DNA of 64,000 nucleotides from Tubiluchus corallicola (Eukaryota; Animalia; Priapulida), in assembly GCA_030141605.1 (NCBI GenBank), contig JAQGDQ010000216.1:310046-374045 (forward strand), read 5' to 3'. Position numbers and translations under genes: made by a program. The notes beneath the pieces were generated by a model. The model did not search any database, was not told the origin of the DNA, and worked only from the letters and a program-made list of their open reading frames with translations. This document shows, one piece after another, positions 32,201 to 42,434 of the stretch. Position 1 is the first letter of the stretch; each line of letters opens with the position of its first letter.

Positions 32201-32475
32201 AGCATACCAATGTAGGAGAATACCAATACATTAGCATCAGCAGGTATTTGGGACAAATTGTATTTCCCCTCCCAGTCTGTGATTACCCCTATAGTTGTAC
32301 CTTTAACCATTACTGTTACTCCCGTAATAGGGTTCCCGTTCTCTTCTGTTACGGTACCACTAATTGTCTTTTGCTGAGCGGAAAGTGCCCCTCCTGTCAG
32401 CATAAAAAGGAGCATAATATAAGTGCTCCACCAACTCTTTGTTTTTGAAATGAAACTTAGACTTATTTTCCTCAT
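29236..32475 (-). CDS. SusC/RagA-family TonB-dependent transporter
   Basis: [51 protein letters not shown]; start taken at MRKISL. Confidence 0.96.
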   Translation of the reverse strand: [1079 protein letters not shown]

Positions 32476-33035
32476 AGATTTAAAGTATTTAAAAATTAAT
32501 AATAAATTTATTTTCGCTTTTAAAAGCAACGCCCTTTCGGGAAAATTCCAGGCTATACAGAAACGACATAGTTTATCCCAAATGGGAGCTAAACCAGAAA
32601 GAGAGACACGCTAAGTTTTTAAATTTGGTTTTGTACAATGAGCCCTTTGCAATACTCATTTTTTCTTTAAAGTTCTCTTCAAAGCCTTTATTTTACATCA
32701 GTAAATTGCGACTTTTTATTGAAATTTTTCTTGATTTGAATCAAAGCGCTTTGTTTTGTAATGGCCTCATATTGTTTAGTTTAGTATATTATATTATGGC
32801 AAAGAGCTATAACGATTTGTAGCTTTACCAGGTATTAAATTTTATTTACAATATAGTTAAAAAAGTTTAAATACTTATTTTAAGGAAATGAAAGCTGTGG
32901 GAAAGTCTTACGGTTATTAAATTGGAATAGAATAGAGTGTAGGTGTGTTTTTGCCTTGCGAAGGTTTCATCATATGGTTTTATAAGCAATAGGGGAGTGA
33001 AGGCTGAGTGTTTAGACAGGTGTGATTATCATGTT

Positions 33036-35804
33036 TTAGTGAGCATCAAGCCAATTTTTAGCTGCATGTATTTCAACAGTGAGAGGTATCTGTATCTGTA
33101 CAGCATTTTCCATTTCAAATTTTACAATTTCCATCAATTCTTCCAGTTCGGGCTTATAGGCATCAAAGTTCAATTCATCGTGCACTTGCAGGATCATTTT
33201 TGATTTCATCCCTTTTTCCTCCATTTTGCGATGTATGTTTATCATTGCGATTTTTATAATATCTGCTGCAGATCCTTGTATAGGCGCATTGACGGCATTT
33301 CGCTCGGCTATTTTTCTTACCATAGTGTTAGCTGAGTTTATATCGTTGAGGTATCGTTTTCTTCCCATCATAGTTTTTACAAATCCGTCTTTGCGTGCTT
33401 GTTCTATCTGTTTGTCAATAAATTCTCTTACCATACCAAAGCTGCTAAAGTACCCATCTATCAGCTCTTTGGATTCGGCCCGGGGAATGTTAAGCCTTTG
33501 AGATAGTCCGAATGCAGAGATGCCGTATATAATTCCGAAGTTGGCGGTTTTGGCTTTTCTCCTCATTTCCGGTGTTACTCTGTCCATGTCTACACCAAAT
33601 ATCTTAGATGCTGTTGTTAGGTGTATGTCTTCACGTTTTCTGAATGCTTCGGCCATTTCATTATCTTGCGACATTGCTGCCATGATGCGAAGCTCTATTT
33701 GGGAGTAGTCGGCTGAGAGGTATATGTGTTCTTTGTCTGACGGGATAAATGCTCTTCTTATCTCTTTGCCACTTTCATCCCTGATGGGTATGTTTTGCAT
33801 GTTTGGGTTTTTCGAGCTAAGCCTACCCGTTGCCACTACGGTTTGATTAAAGGAGGTGTGTATTTTACCTGTCACTGGGTTTACCAACCTGGGAAGGGCT
33901 TCCACGTAGGTAGACAGCAGTTTTTTTATCCCCCTGTATTCTAATATTTTCTGAACGATAGAGTGTTTGTTTTGTAACTGTACCAATACCTCTTCACTGG
34001 TAGAGTATTGTTTTGTTTTTGTCTTTTTTGCTTTAGGATTGAGTTTTAACTTGTCAAAAAGGATTGTTCCCAGCTGTTTTGGCGAAGATATATTAAACTC
34101 TTCTCCAGCCAGTTCTGTTATTTCCTTTTCAAGGCCTATTGCTACATTTCTTAGATGTTCTGCATATGTCAACAACGCATTTTTATCTATTTTTACGCCC
34201 GATAGTTCCATTGAAACCAGTATTTTTACTAGTGGCATCTCTATTTCATGGAACAGCTTAGTCACACCGGTGCTCTCCATCTCTTTTAGAAGGATTGGTT
34301 TCAATCTTCGGGTTATATCAGCGTCTTCACAGGCGTATTCAAGTAGTTTTTCGGGGGGTACTTGCCTCATTGAGCGCTGATTTTTTCCACGCTCCCCAAT
34401 TAGGGACTCAATAGGTATTTTAATGTATCCTAAGTATATTTTGCTAAGGTAGTCAAGGTTGTGTCGTAGTTCAGGCTGTATAAGGTAGTGAGCGATCATG
34501 GTGTCGAAGTAAGGTTCTTTTACTTCAGCACCATAGCGAGTCAGTATTAGTATGTCGTATTTAATGTTTTGTCCTATTTTCAAAATATTTTCATCTTCAA
34601 AGACCGAAGCAAACTCCTGTATAATAGCTTTAGCTGGTTCTGGATCAGGCGGCAGAGGTACAAAGTAGGCTTCCGTGTCACGAAAAGAGAAGGATATTCC
34701 TATTGGTTCAGCTGTGTGAGGGTCCAGTCCGGTGGTTTCGACATCAAAACAGAACTCTTTTTCTGCCTTAAGTCTGGAGTGGAGTTCTGATCTTTTCTTC
34801 TCCGAATCGACCAGTACATAGTTATGGTTTGCAGAGGTTAGTTTTTCGTTTTGCTTTTCTACTTTATGAGGTGGTGTCACTGGTTGTGACATGTTTGCAA
34901 ATAGTGTACCTTCTCCAAATGCTATTTGTTGTGTAGCTCCATTGCCATACTGGGCGGCAAGTTTTGTGAATCCCAGATCATCAAATAGGTTGTGCAGCTT
35001 TTCTCTGTTGGGATCCACTTTGCTCATTTGTTCGGGTTTTATATCGAGCGGTACGTCCAGAACTATTGTTGCAAGTTTTTTGGATAGCCTCACCTGCTCT
35101 TCATTTTCTTGTAAGCGCTCTTTTTGTTTCCCTTTCAGCTTACCTGTGTTTTGATAGATGTTATCTATGTTTTCAAACTGTTCGATTAACTGCATTGCTG
35201 TTTTTGGTCCTACTCCCGGGCATCCGGGTATATTATCAGCAGTATCGCCCATAAGCGCTAAGATATCTATTACCTGTGTGGGGTTAGATACCCGGAAGTT
35301 ATCCATTACTTGCTCTACTCCCCAGATCTCCACATCATTCCCCATGCGCTTGGGTTTATACATAAATATGTTTTCGGATACTAGCTGGGCGTAGTCTTTG
35401 TCAGGGGTTATCATGTAGACTTCAAAGTCTTCTTTGCAGGCCTGTTTTGCTATGGTTCCGATAACATCATCCGCCTCATATCCCTTTTTTTCAATTATTG
35501 GAATATTGTAGGCCTCTATGATTTTTCGTATGTAGGGTATAGAGTTTCTAATATCTTCGGGCATCTCTTCACGTTGTGCCTTGTATTTTTTAAATATTTT
35601 GTGCCTGAATGTAGGTTCTGACATGTCAAAGGCTACCGCTATATGAGAGGGTTCTTCTTTTTTCAAAAGCTGCTCCAAAGTATTTGTAAAGCCGAATATT
35701 GCGGAGGTATTAATGCCCTTGGGGCTATATCGCGGGTTTTTTATGAAGGCGAAGTACGCCCTGTATATAAGTGCGTATGCATCAAGAAGAAATAGCTTTT
35801 TCAT
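33036..35804 (-). CDS. polA: DNA polymerase I
   Basis: 5'-3' exonuclease LLDAYALIYRAY, 3'-5' exonuclease FDVETTG, polymerase ADYSQIELR, AKTANFGIIYG, LQVHDEL. Confidence 0.98.
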   Translation of the reverse strand: MKKLFLLDAYALIYRAYFAFIKNPRYSPKGINTSAIFGFTNTLEQLLKKEEPSHIAVAFDMSEPTFRHKIFKKYKAQREEMPEDIRNSIPYIRKIIEAYNIPIIEKKGYEADDVIGTIAKQACKEDFEVYMITPDKDYAQLVSENIFMYKPKRMGNDVEIWGVEQVMDNFRVSNPTQVIDILALMGDTADNIPGCPGVGPKTAMQLIEQFENIDNIYQNTGKLKGKQKERLQENEEQVRLSKKLATIVLDVPLDIKPEQMSKVDPNREKLHNLFDDLGFTKLAAQYGNGATQQIAFGEGTLFANMSQPVTPPHKVEKQNEKLTSANHNYVLVDSEKKRSELHSRLKAEKEFCFDVETTGLDPHTAEPIGISFSFRDTEAYFVPLPPDPEPAKAIIQEFASVFEDENILKIGQNIKYDILILTRYGAEVKEPYFDTMIAHYLIQPELRHNLDYLSKIYLGYIKIPIESLIGERGKNQRSMRQVPPEKLLEYACEDADITRRLKPILLKEMESTGVTKLFHEIEMPLVKILVSMELSGVKIDKNALLTYAEHLRNVAIGLEKEITELAGEEFNISSPKQLGTILFDKLKLNPKAKKTKTKQYSTSEEVLVQLQNKHSIVQKILEYRGIKKLLSTYVEALPRLVNPVTGKIHTSFNQTVVATGRLSSKNPNMQNIPIRDESGKEIRRAFIPSDKEHIYLSADYSQIELRIMAAMSQDNEMAEAFRKREDIHLTTASKIFGVDMDRVTPEMRRKAKTANFGIIYGISAFGLSQRLNIPRAESKELIDGYFSSFGMVREFIDKQIEQARKDGFVKTMMGRKRYLNDINSANTMVRKIAERNAVNAPIQGSAADIIKIAMINIHRKMEEKGMKSKMILQVHDELNFDAYKPELEELMEIVKFEMENAVQIQIPLTVEIHAAKNWLDAH

Positions 35805-36500
35805 TATAAAGTACAGCCTGTTTTGCTGTTTTTGAAAGGGTAAATTGTTATGTTACATCAAGCTCACACAAAGATATAAATACTGGTATTTTTGCAAAAC
35901 TTATCTTTTTACTAAACTAATGTTATTCGTCAAAATCCTCATTTAGGTCACTACTGAAAGAGGTCAAAGGTGTTTTTCAACGTTGCCCGGTTTAATATGC
36001 CTGGGATGGGGCTCTTATTTTTAAAGAGTAATAGAGTCAGGGTTTTAGTAATTGATCCCCATTCAGGTTATTTAGTGATAGGTATGATCTTTTTCCTAAT
36101 GTTTCTCGTAGGATGGAGCGTGCATAATGAAAGTTTTATCTATATTTTAGTGTGAGCATTTGTTGCAAGCAGTTTCTACATGAGTAAGAGCATGAGTGGT
36201 AACTATCGATGTAGAGCTCAGTTTTGAGCTGCTTGGAGTGTTATGGTTTTATTCTTACTTATAATTATTTAGCAAGGACATGTCAATACACTGTTGAGTG
36301 GATATACCGGGGATAGCTTTTGCATATGTAATACTTAATGCTAATTAGGGGTCTTTTTCACACTGAATTGCCTTGTTTGATTGCACAGTTTTTAATAGTT
36401 TCAAAATTTTGCTTAAGTTCGTTCTGACAGGTTTTCTGTTTTTATTTATGGTTTTAAGAGTCATATAAAAATATAGTAGTATATAACTCATCTTATTATT

Positions 36501-37673
36501 GTGCCGATATTTAAGTTAGCACTTAGAAACCTTTTAGGGGCGGGGCTCAGAGTATGGCTCAACGCTTTTGTTCTCTCTTTGTCATATGTTTTGATTATAT
36601 GGCATCAGGGTATTATAGATGGCTGGGATATGCAGGCTAAGCGTGATATGATTGCGTGGGAGGTTGGCGGAGGTCAGTTTTGGCATCCCGATTACGATCC
36701 TTATGATCCATTTACACTTGAAAGCTGTCATGCGCCTATTCCGGAAGAGTTACAGCAGGTGGTGGATAGCGGAGCTGTTGTGCCTATTGTTATTTCACAA
36801 GGCACATTATATCCTGCGGGTAGGATGCAGTCGGTAATATTAAAGGGTATTCCTCCGGAGCAGACCGTTTTGGAGCTTCCGACTTCAGTTCTGAAGGGTG
36901 GTGGTTTTTTAGCTTCAGCGCTGATAGGCAAGAGGATGGCTAAAAGCTGTGAGCTTGATAAGGGAGATATAGTTCTTGTTAGGTGGCGTGACTCTAATGG
37001 CACATTTGATGCGACTGAGATAGTGATTGCAGATGTGTTTGACACCAATGTTCCTGCTGTAGATATGGGTGTTGTGTGGCTCTCTTTGGAAGGGTTGCAA
37101 GGCATGCTGCAGCTGCCTGGTGAAGCTACCATGCTTGTAGTGTCTTCCGAATATCGGGAGTTGTCGGATATGGGAGGTTGGAGTTATAAGTCGGTGGATG
37201 AGCTTACTGTTGATCTTACCCGGGTTATAAAATCGAAGTCGATTGGCGGTTCGGTGCTTTATGTGGTTCTTATGGCGTTAGCTATGCTTGCTGTGTTTGA
37301 CACACAGGTTTTATCGGTCTTCAGGCGGCAGAAAGAGATTGGGCTGTTCATGGCTTTAGGAATGACCCGGCGAGGTGTTGTGTGGCTTTTTACTCTTGAG
37401 GGAGCTATGAACTCTTTGTTTGCGCTATTTATGGCTGCAGTTTACGGATTACCACTGTTCTATTACACTTCTGCAAAAGGCTATTCAATGCCTGCTGGTA
37501 GTGATGAGTATGGCTTGGCTATTGCGGAAATTATATATCCCGAGTATGGTTTGGGTCTAGTGCTGGGTACTATTGCTTTTATAGTGATAGCAACAACAGT
37601 TGTAAGCTATCTGCCATCCGGGAAGATATCGAACATGAACCCGACTGATGCAATAAGAGGAAGGCTACAATGA
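36501..37673 (+). CDS. ABC transporter permease (FtsX/MacB/LolCE type)
   Basis: LALRNL start, periplasmic domain, RRQKEIGLFMALG, C-terminal TMs, P.DAIRG. Confidence 0.9.
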   Translation: MPIFKLALRNLLGAGLRVWLNAFVLSLSYVLIIWHQGIIDGWDMQAKRDMIAWEVGGGQFWHPDYDPYDPFTLESCHAPIPEELQQVVDSGAVVPIVISQGTLYPAGRMQSVILKGIPPEQTVLELPTSVLKGGGFLASALIGKRMAKSCELDKGDIVLVRWRDSNGTFDATEIVIADVFDTNVPAVDMGVVWLSLEGLQGMLQLPGEATMLVVSSEYRELSDMGGWSYKSVDELTVDLTRVIKSKSIGGSVLYVVLMALAMLAVFDTQVLSVFRRQKEIGLFMALGMTRRGVVWLFTLEGAMNSLFALFMAAVYGLPLFYYTSAKGYSMPAGSDEYGLAIAEIIYPEYGLGLVLGTIAFIVIATTVVSYLPSGKISNMNPTDAIRGRLQ

Positions 37674-38947
37674 TACTATTTTTGTATAGAGGATTGTTCC
37701 GGGATAAGCAGCGCAGTAAGTTGCCTGTGATAATTGTTAGCCTGGGAGTTATGCTGACCGTTCTTCTGTCGTGTTGGGTTGAGGGTGTGGTGAGCAACGG
37801 TATAGATATGAATGCGCGTTTTAGCACTGGGCATGTTAAAGTGATGTCCGGGCCATATGCCGATCATGAAGAGCAGGTACCTAATGATCTTGCACTGATG
37901 GATGTTTCCGGGTTGGTAGATGAGTTGAAGGAGATCTATCCTGATATGCACTGGGTGGAGCGGATCCGCCTTGGCGGGTTGCTGGATGTTCCTGATGAGC
38001 TAGGGGAGACAAAGTCACAAGGCCCGGTTAGCGGTATTGCTATAGATCTTTTTAATGATAATCAGGGGGAGCTTGAGCGCCTGAACATATCCCGTTCGCT
38101 TGTGAAAGGTGGGCGTATACCTGAGTTGCCGGGAGAGGTTCTTTTAAGTGATAGTTTTGCTGTGAAGATGGGGGTATCTCCCGGTGATAATATAACAATA
38201 ATAAGCTCTACTATGCATGGTGGTATGGCGTTTTATAATTTGACGCTAGTCGGAACTGTGAATTTTGGTTCTGCTTACCTTGACAGGGGTACCATAATAG
38301 TTGATATTTCTGATGCAAGGCTTATACTTGACATGCATGATGCAGCGGGTGAGATACTGGGGTACTTTGATGATGGTTATTATAATGATAAGCTTGCCGT
38401 AGCTATTTCCAGTACTTTTAACAAGAGGCATGCAGGGTCTGATGATGAGTTTGCTCCGGTTATGGTTGCGCTAAGTGGTAGGCAGTATTTGGGGCAGATG
38501 CTTTCAATGGCAAAAAATATGGGAGCTATTGTTTCTACCGTGTTTATTGTAATAATGTCAATAGTCCTTTGGAATGCTGGGATTCTTGGGGGATTGCGCC
38601 GCTATGGTGAGTTTGGGCTTCGGCTGGCTGTAGGCGAGGGTAGAGGGCATATTTATGGATCCCTGGTTGGGGAGTCTGTTATTGTAGGTGTTACAGGCTC
38701 TATTTTGGGTACGTTTGCAGGTTTGTTATTGGCTTGGTGGCTACAGAGCTACGGGATTGATTTTTCCAAAGTAATGAAGAATGTAAGTATGATGATACCG
38801 ACGGTTTACAGGGCACGCATAACCCCGGAGGCTTTTTATATAGGGCTTGTGCCGGGCATGCTTTCAACCGTAATGGGGGCAATGCTTTCCGGGATAGGGA
38901 TATACAGGCGCGGGACGGCAGGTTTGTTTAAAGAGCTTGAGAATTAA
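37670..38947 (+). CDS. ABC transporter permease (FtsX/MacB/LolCE type)
   Basis: Same topology; RRYGEFGLRLAVG; ATGA overlap with the previous gene. Confidence 0.9.
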   Translation: MILFLYRGLFRDKQRSKLPVIIVSLGVMLTVLLSCWVEGVVSNGIDMNARFSTGHVKVMSGPYADHEEQVPNDLALMDVSGLVDELKEIYPDMHWVERIRLGGLLDVPDELGETKSQGPVSGIAIDLFNDNQGELERLNISRSLVKGGRIPELPGEVLLSDSFAVKMGVSPGDNITIISSTMHGGMAFYNLTLVGTVNFGSAYLDRGTIIVDISDARLILDMHDAAGEILGYFDDGYYNDKLAVAISSTFNKRHAGSDDEFAPVMVALSGRQYLGQMLSMAKNMGAIVSTVFIVIMSIVLWNAGILGGLRRYGEFGLRLAVGEGRGHIYGSLVGESVIVGVTGSILGTFAGLLLAWWLQSYGIDFSKVMKNVSMMIPTVYRARITPEAFYIGLVPGMLSTVMGAMLSGIGIYRRGTAGLFKELEN

Positions 38948-39115
38948 GCTATGAGGCTGTTTTTTGTAGTGTAAAGTGTGGTTCAGTCTGAAGGGTAACA
39001 GTGTAAGAGTCGCAATTTACAGAGGCAAGTGAGTATTTTTGACGGAAGTGTAAAAGAGATGAGTTTTGCAAGGTCGAGGTCAGGTGTATAGGTAGTGTAA
39101 AAGTTAAGAGCAGAT

Positions 39116-39853
39116 ATGGTAAGAAAATTGATAGTGGTTTTTATGATGTTGCCTCTTTTTGCTTTGGGCGGGTATCCTGAAGGGAAAGATGTTTTGGCGC
39201 GTATTGATAAAAATATGACTTCGACGAATAGCGTTATTGTGGCAAAAATGATTGTCCATGGAAGGCGTTTAAGTCGTACTATGGAGTTTAAAACCTGGTC
39301 GGAAGGGGAGGATAATGGGTTTACCGAGTATTTTTCTCCCGCAAGGGAGAAGGGCACAAAGATGCTTAAGCAGGGAGATAGGTTGTGGATTTACTCTCCT
39401 TCGACGGACCGTATTATTCAAATATCAGGTCATATGTTGCGTCAGTCTGTTATGGGTTCTGACTTGTCGTATGAAGATATGATGGAAGAGCAGGAGTTGG
39501 CACTTCATTATGATGCTGTTGTTGTTGGAGAGGAGCAGATAGAGGGGAGGGACTGTCTGATAGTTAACCTTACTGCCAAGAGGGAAGGCGTTGCATATTA
39601 CAAGCGTAAGTTGTGGGTAGATAGTGAGCGGTTTGTGCCGGTGAAAGAGGAGCTTTTTGCTAAAAGTGGTAAGCTTTTAAAGAGAACAGAGATGTTTGAT
39701 ATTACCAATATTGATGGGAGATGGTATCCTAAAAGACTTATTTTTAAGGATATGCTAAAGCAGGGAAAGGGGACAGAGTTTATTATTGATAAAATAGAGT
39801 TTAATGTTGATATTCCTGGGTATATTTTTAACAAAGCTTCTTTAAAAAAGTAG
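39116..39853 (+). CDS. LolA-like outer-membrane lipoprotein-sorting protein
   Basis: Signal peptide; SPAREKGTKML, LWIYSP, MGSDLSYEDM motifs. Confidence 0.88.
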   Translation: MVRKLIVVFMMLPLFALGGYPEGKDVLARIDKNMTSTNSVIVAKMIVHGRRLSRTMEFKTWSEGEDNGFTEYFSPAREKGTKMLKQGDRLWIYSPSTDRIIQISGHMLRQSVMGSDLSYEDMMEEQELALHYDAVVVGEEQIEGRDCLIVNLTAKREGVAYYKRKLWVDSERFVPVKEELFAKSGKLLKRTEMFDITNIDGRWYPKRLIFKDMLKQGKGTEFIIDKIEFNVDIPGYIFNKASLKK

Positions 39854-39953
39854 GTGTTATGGTAAAAGTAGGTGTTATGGTAAAAGTAGGTGTTATGGTA
39901 AAAGTAGGTGTTATGGTAAAAGTAGGTGTTATGGTAAAAGTAGGTGTTATGGT
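39846..39953 (+). repeat. 18-bp tandem repeat (aaaagtaggtgttatggt) x6
   Basis: Six perfect copies; the first overlaps the stop codon of the LolA-like gene. Confidence 0.97.
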
Positions 39954-40032
39954 AATAGTGTAGTGCTTTTAACTTGCCTATAGATTTTCATTTTATTTAA
40001 ATAGTGTTAGCTTTGTAAATAAATCTGTGATT

Positions 40033-40323
40033 ATGACAGAACGAGAGCTTGCTTTATTGACTGAATTTAGGGAGAATATTAGGAGGCTGATTGGGTTGTG
40101 TGATCGGATAAAGATGGAGAATAGCCGACTGATAGAAAAGAATGTGGGACTGCAGGAGCAGATAGATCTTCTTAGCCAAAAGGGGGCGGCTCTTGATAAA
40201 AAGAATGAGGAGATGGAGTTTGCAAAGTCGTTGCTGGGACTTGAAGATCCTAGTAATGCCAAAGCTAAAATAAGTAAAATTGTACGGGAGATTGATAGTT
40301 GTATTGCCTTAATGAGTGATTGA
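40033..40323 (+). CDS. Coiled-coil protein upstream of zapA (ZapB-like)
   Basis: Heptad pattern; AK.KISKIVREID.CIAL C-terminus typical of the Bacteroidota gene preceding zapA. Confidence 0.8.
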   Translation: MTERELALLTEFRENIRRLIGLCDRIKMENSRLIEKNVGLQEQIDLLSQKGAALDKKNEEMEFAKSLLGLEDPSNAKAKISKIVREIDSCIALMSD

Positions 40324-40336
40324 GTAGTTTATAGAG

Positions 40337-40624
40337 ATGGAAGATAAACTTTTAGTAAAGATTATTATAGCTGATCGTTCCTACCCACTGCGTGTAAGTA
40401 GGGATGAAGAGGAGAAGATAAGGAAGGCTGCGAAAGTTATTAATGATAAGGTGTTGCAGTACAAGGAGCGTTACCCAAGTAAGAATAGCCAGGACTGTTT
40501 GGCTATGTGTGCATTACATATTGTAATACAGAAGCTTGACGTTGATGTCAGAAACGATATATTGCCTTTGATGGAAGAGGTTGAAGAGATGAATGACCTG
40601 CTTGCGGGGTATCTTGAGGAATAG
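40337..40624 (+). CDS. zapA: Cell division protein ZapA
   Basis: IADRSYPL...EEEKIRKAAK.IN....QD.LAMCAL; upstream of rny. Confidence 0.9.
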   Translation: MEDKLLVKIIIADRSYPLRVSRDEEEKIRKAAKVINDKVLQYKERYPSKNSQDCLAMCALHIVIQKLDVDVRNDILPLMEEVEEMNDLLAGYLEE

Positions 40625-40639
40625 ATAGTCTGTAGCAGT

Positions 40640-40733
40640 ATAACACCCGTAGGTGATATTTGCCCGCATTTTACTTTTTAAAGCGAGTTGTAAAAATACA
40701 GTGCTTTGAAGTGTTGAGATAGCGGGTTTTTTT
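40640..40733 (+). ncRNA. Candidate structured RNA between zapA and rny (6S-like position) or terminator
   Basis: gcccgc (40662) can pair with gcgggt (40722), followed by a T-run; assignment rests on position only. Confidence 0.3.
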
Positions 40734-40767
40734 GTATGTAAAACATAAAATTAAATTAAAATTAGAT

Positions 40768-42321
40768 ATGTCAATAACAGGGTTTATAGTTGTTGCTTTT
40801 ATAGTTGGAGTTCTTGCTTCCTATTTTATATGGAATTTTGCTTTAAGAAGGAAGAAGAGCAGGCTGTTGAATGAGGCGGAGGTTCATTCCGAGATGCTGA
40901 GAGAGAAGAGGATTCTTCAGGCAAAAGAGAAGTTTATCCAGTTGAAAGCAAAGCATGAGAAGTATATAAATGAAAAGCGGGTAGGTGTTTCCGAGGCGGA
41001 GAACAGGTTGAAGCAGAAAGAGGCATCTTTTATCCAGCGCAGGGATGAGTTTCAGAAAAGGGTAAAAGATTTTGAGATTTCCAAAAAGGAGGTTGAGTCT
41101 GTACGTCAAAACTTTAATAACCAACTGAAGGCTGTTGAGTTAAAGAGAGAGGAGCTTGCCAAAATGCATAAGCGGCAGGTAGACCAGTTGGAGCAGATAT
41201 CGGAGCTTTCTGCTGAAGAGGCTAAAAAGCAGCTTGTTGAGTCTTTAAAAGGGGAGGCTAAGAGTGAGGCTATGTCTTATGTTCAAGAGGTAATGGATGA
41301 TGCCAAGATGACTGCGAACAAGGAGGCTAAGAAGGTTATAATCAAGTCCATACAGAGGGTGGCAACAGAGACGGCTATAGAGAATGCTGTTACTATTTTC
41401 CATATCGATAATGATGAGATAAAGGGGCGAATTATAGGGCGTGAAGGGCGTAATATACGGGCTCTAGAAGCAGCTACAGGTGTAGAGATAGTGGTAGATG
41501 ACACTCCTGAGGCTATAGTGCTGTCTGCCTTTGATCCAGTTCGCCGTGAGGTTGCACGTCTTGCGTTGCACAGGCTTGTAACAGATGGGAGGATCCACCC
41601 TGCCCGTATCGAAGAGGTTGTGAATAAGATAAAGACCCAGATTGAGGAGGAGGTTGTAGAGGCGGGTAAAAGAACTTGTATTGATTTGGGTATACACGGT
41701 ATGCATCCTGAGTTGATAAGGCTAACAGGCAAGATGAAGTATCGTTCGTCGTATGGACAAAACCTGCTTCAGCATTCGCGAGAGACAGCTAATTTGTGTG
41801 CAATAATGGCAGTGGAGCTTGGGCTGAACCCTAAGCGCGCAAAGCGGGCAGGCCTGCTTCATGATATAGGTAAGGTGCCTGATGATGAGCCGGAACTGCC
41901 TCACTCAATATTGGGTATGAATCTTGCGGAGAAGTATAAGGAGAAGCCGGATATTTGCAATGCCATTGGTTCTCATCATGATGAGGTTGAGATGACCAGT
42001 CTGCTTGCACCAATAGTACAGGCTTGTGATGCTATATCTGGTGCCCGGCCGGGTGCCCGCCGGGAGGCTGTGGAGTCGTATATAAAGAGGTTAAAGGATC
42101 TTGAGGCGATGGCACTATCTTATCCCGGTGTGGTGAAAACATATGCTATTCAGGCAGGGCGCGAGCTACGTGTGATCGTGGGAAGCGATAAGCTTACTGA
42201 TAATGAGACGGAGCAGTTGTCGTACGATATAGCTAAAAAGATACAGGATGAGATGACTTATCCCGGGCAGGTAAAAGTTACCGTTATAAGGGAGACCCGT
42301 GCTGTGAATTATGCTAAATAG
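40768..42321 (+). CDS. rny: Ribonuclease Y
   Basis: N-terminal TM, coiled coil, KH domain [15 protein letters not shown] motif LLHDIGK. Confidence 0.97.
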   Translation: MSITGFIVVAFIVGVLASYFIWNFALRRKKSRLLNEAEVHSEMLREKRILQAKEKFIQLKAKHEKYINEKRVGVSEAENRLKQKEASFIQRRDEFQKRVKDFEISKKEVESVRQNFNNQLKAVELKREELAKMHKRQVDQLEQISELSAEEAKKQLVESLKGEAKSEAMSYVQEVMDDAKMTANKEAKKVIIKSIQRVATETAIENAVTIFHIDNDEIKGRIIGREGRNIRALEAATGVEIVVDDTPEAIVLSAFDPVRREVARLALHRLVTDGRIHPARIEEVVNKIKTQIEEEVVEAGKRTCIDLGIHGMHPELIRLTGKMKYRSSYGQNLLQHSRETANLCAIMAVELGLNPKRAKRAGLLHDIGKVPDDEPELPHSILGMNLAEKYKEKPDICNAIGSHHDEVEMTSLLAPIVQACDAISGARPGARREAVESYIKRLKDLEAMALSYPGVVKTYAIQAGRELRVIVGSDKLTDNETEQLSYDIAKKIQDEMTYPGQVKVTVIRETRAVNYAK

Positions 42322-42434
42322 GTATAGCTATTTTTTGTTGAAGTATTTTTTAAATTCTAATTATATTTTGCACTTGTAAGAGTTGCGATATCAAGTATTA
42401 TTCTTGCCACATAGTGATATAAAAAGTTAAAGAA

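Noticed and set aside
39846-39953. CRISPR array or replication iterons
   Set aside because: Contiguous 18-bp units without spacers and no rep gene nearby
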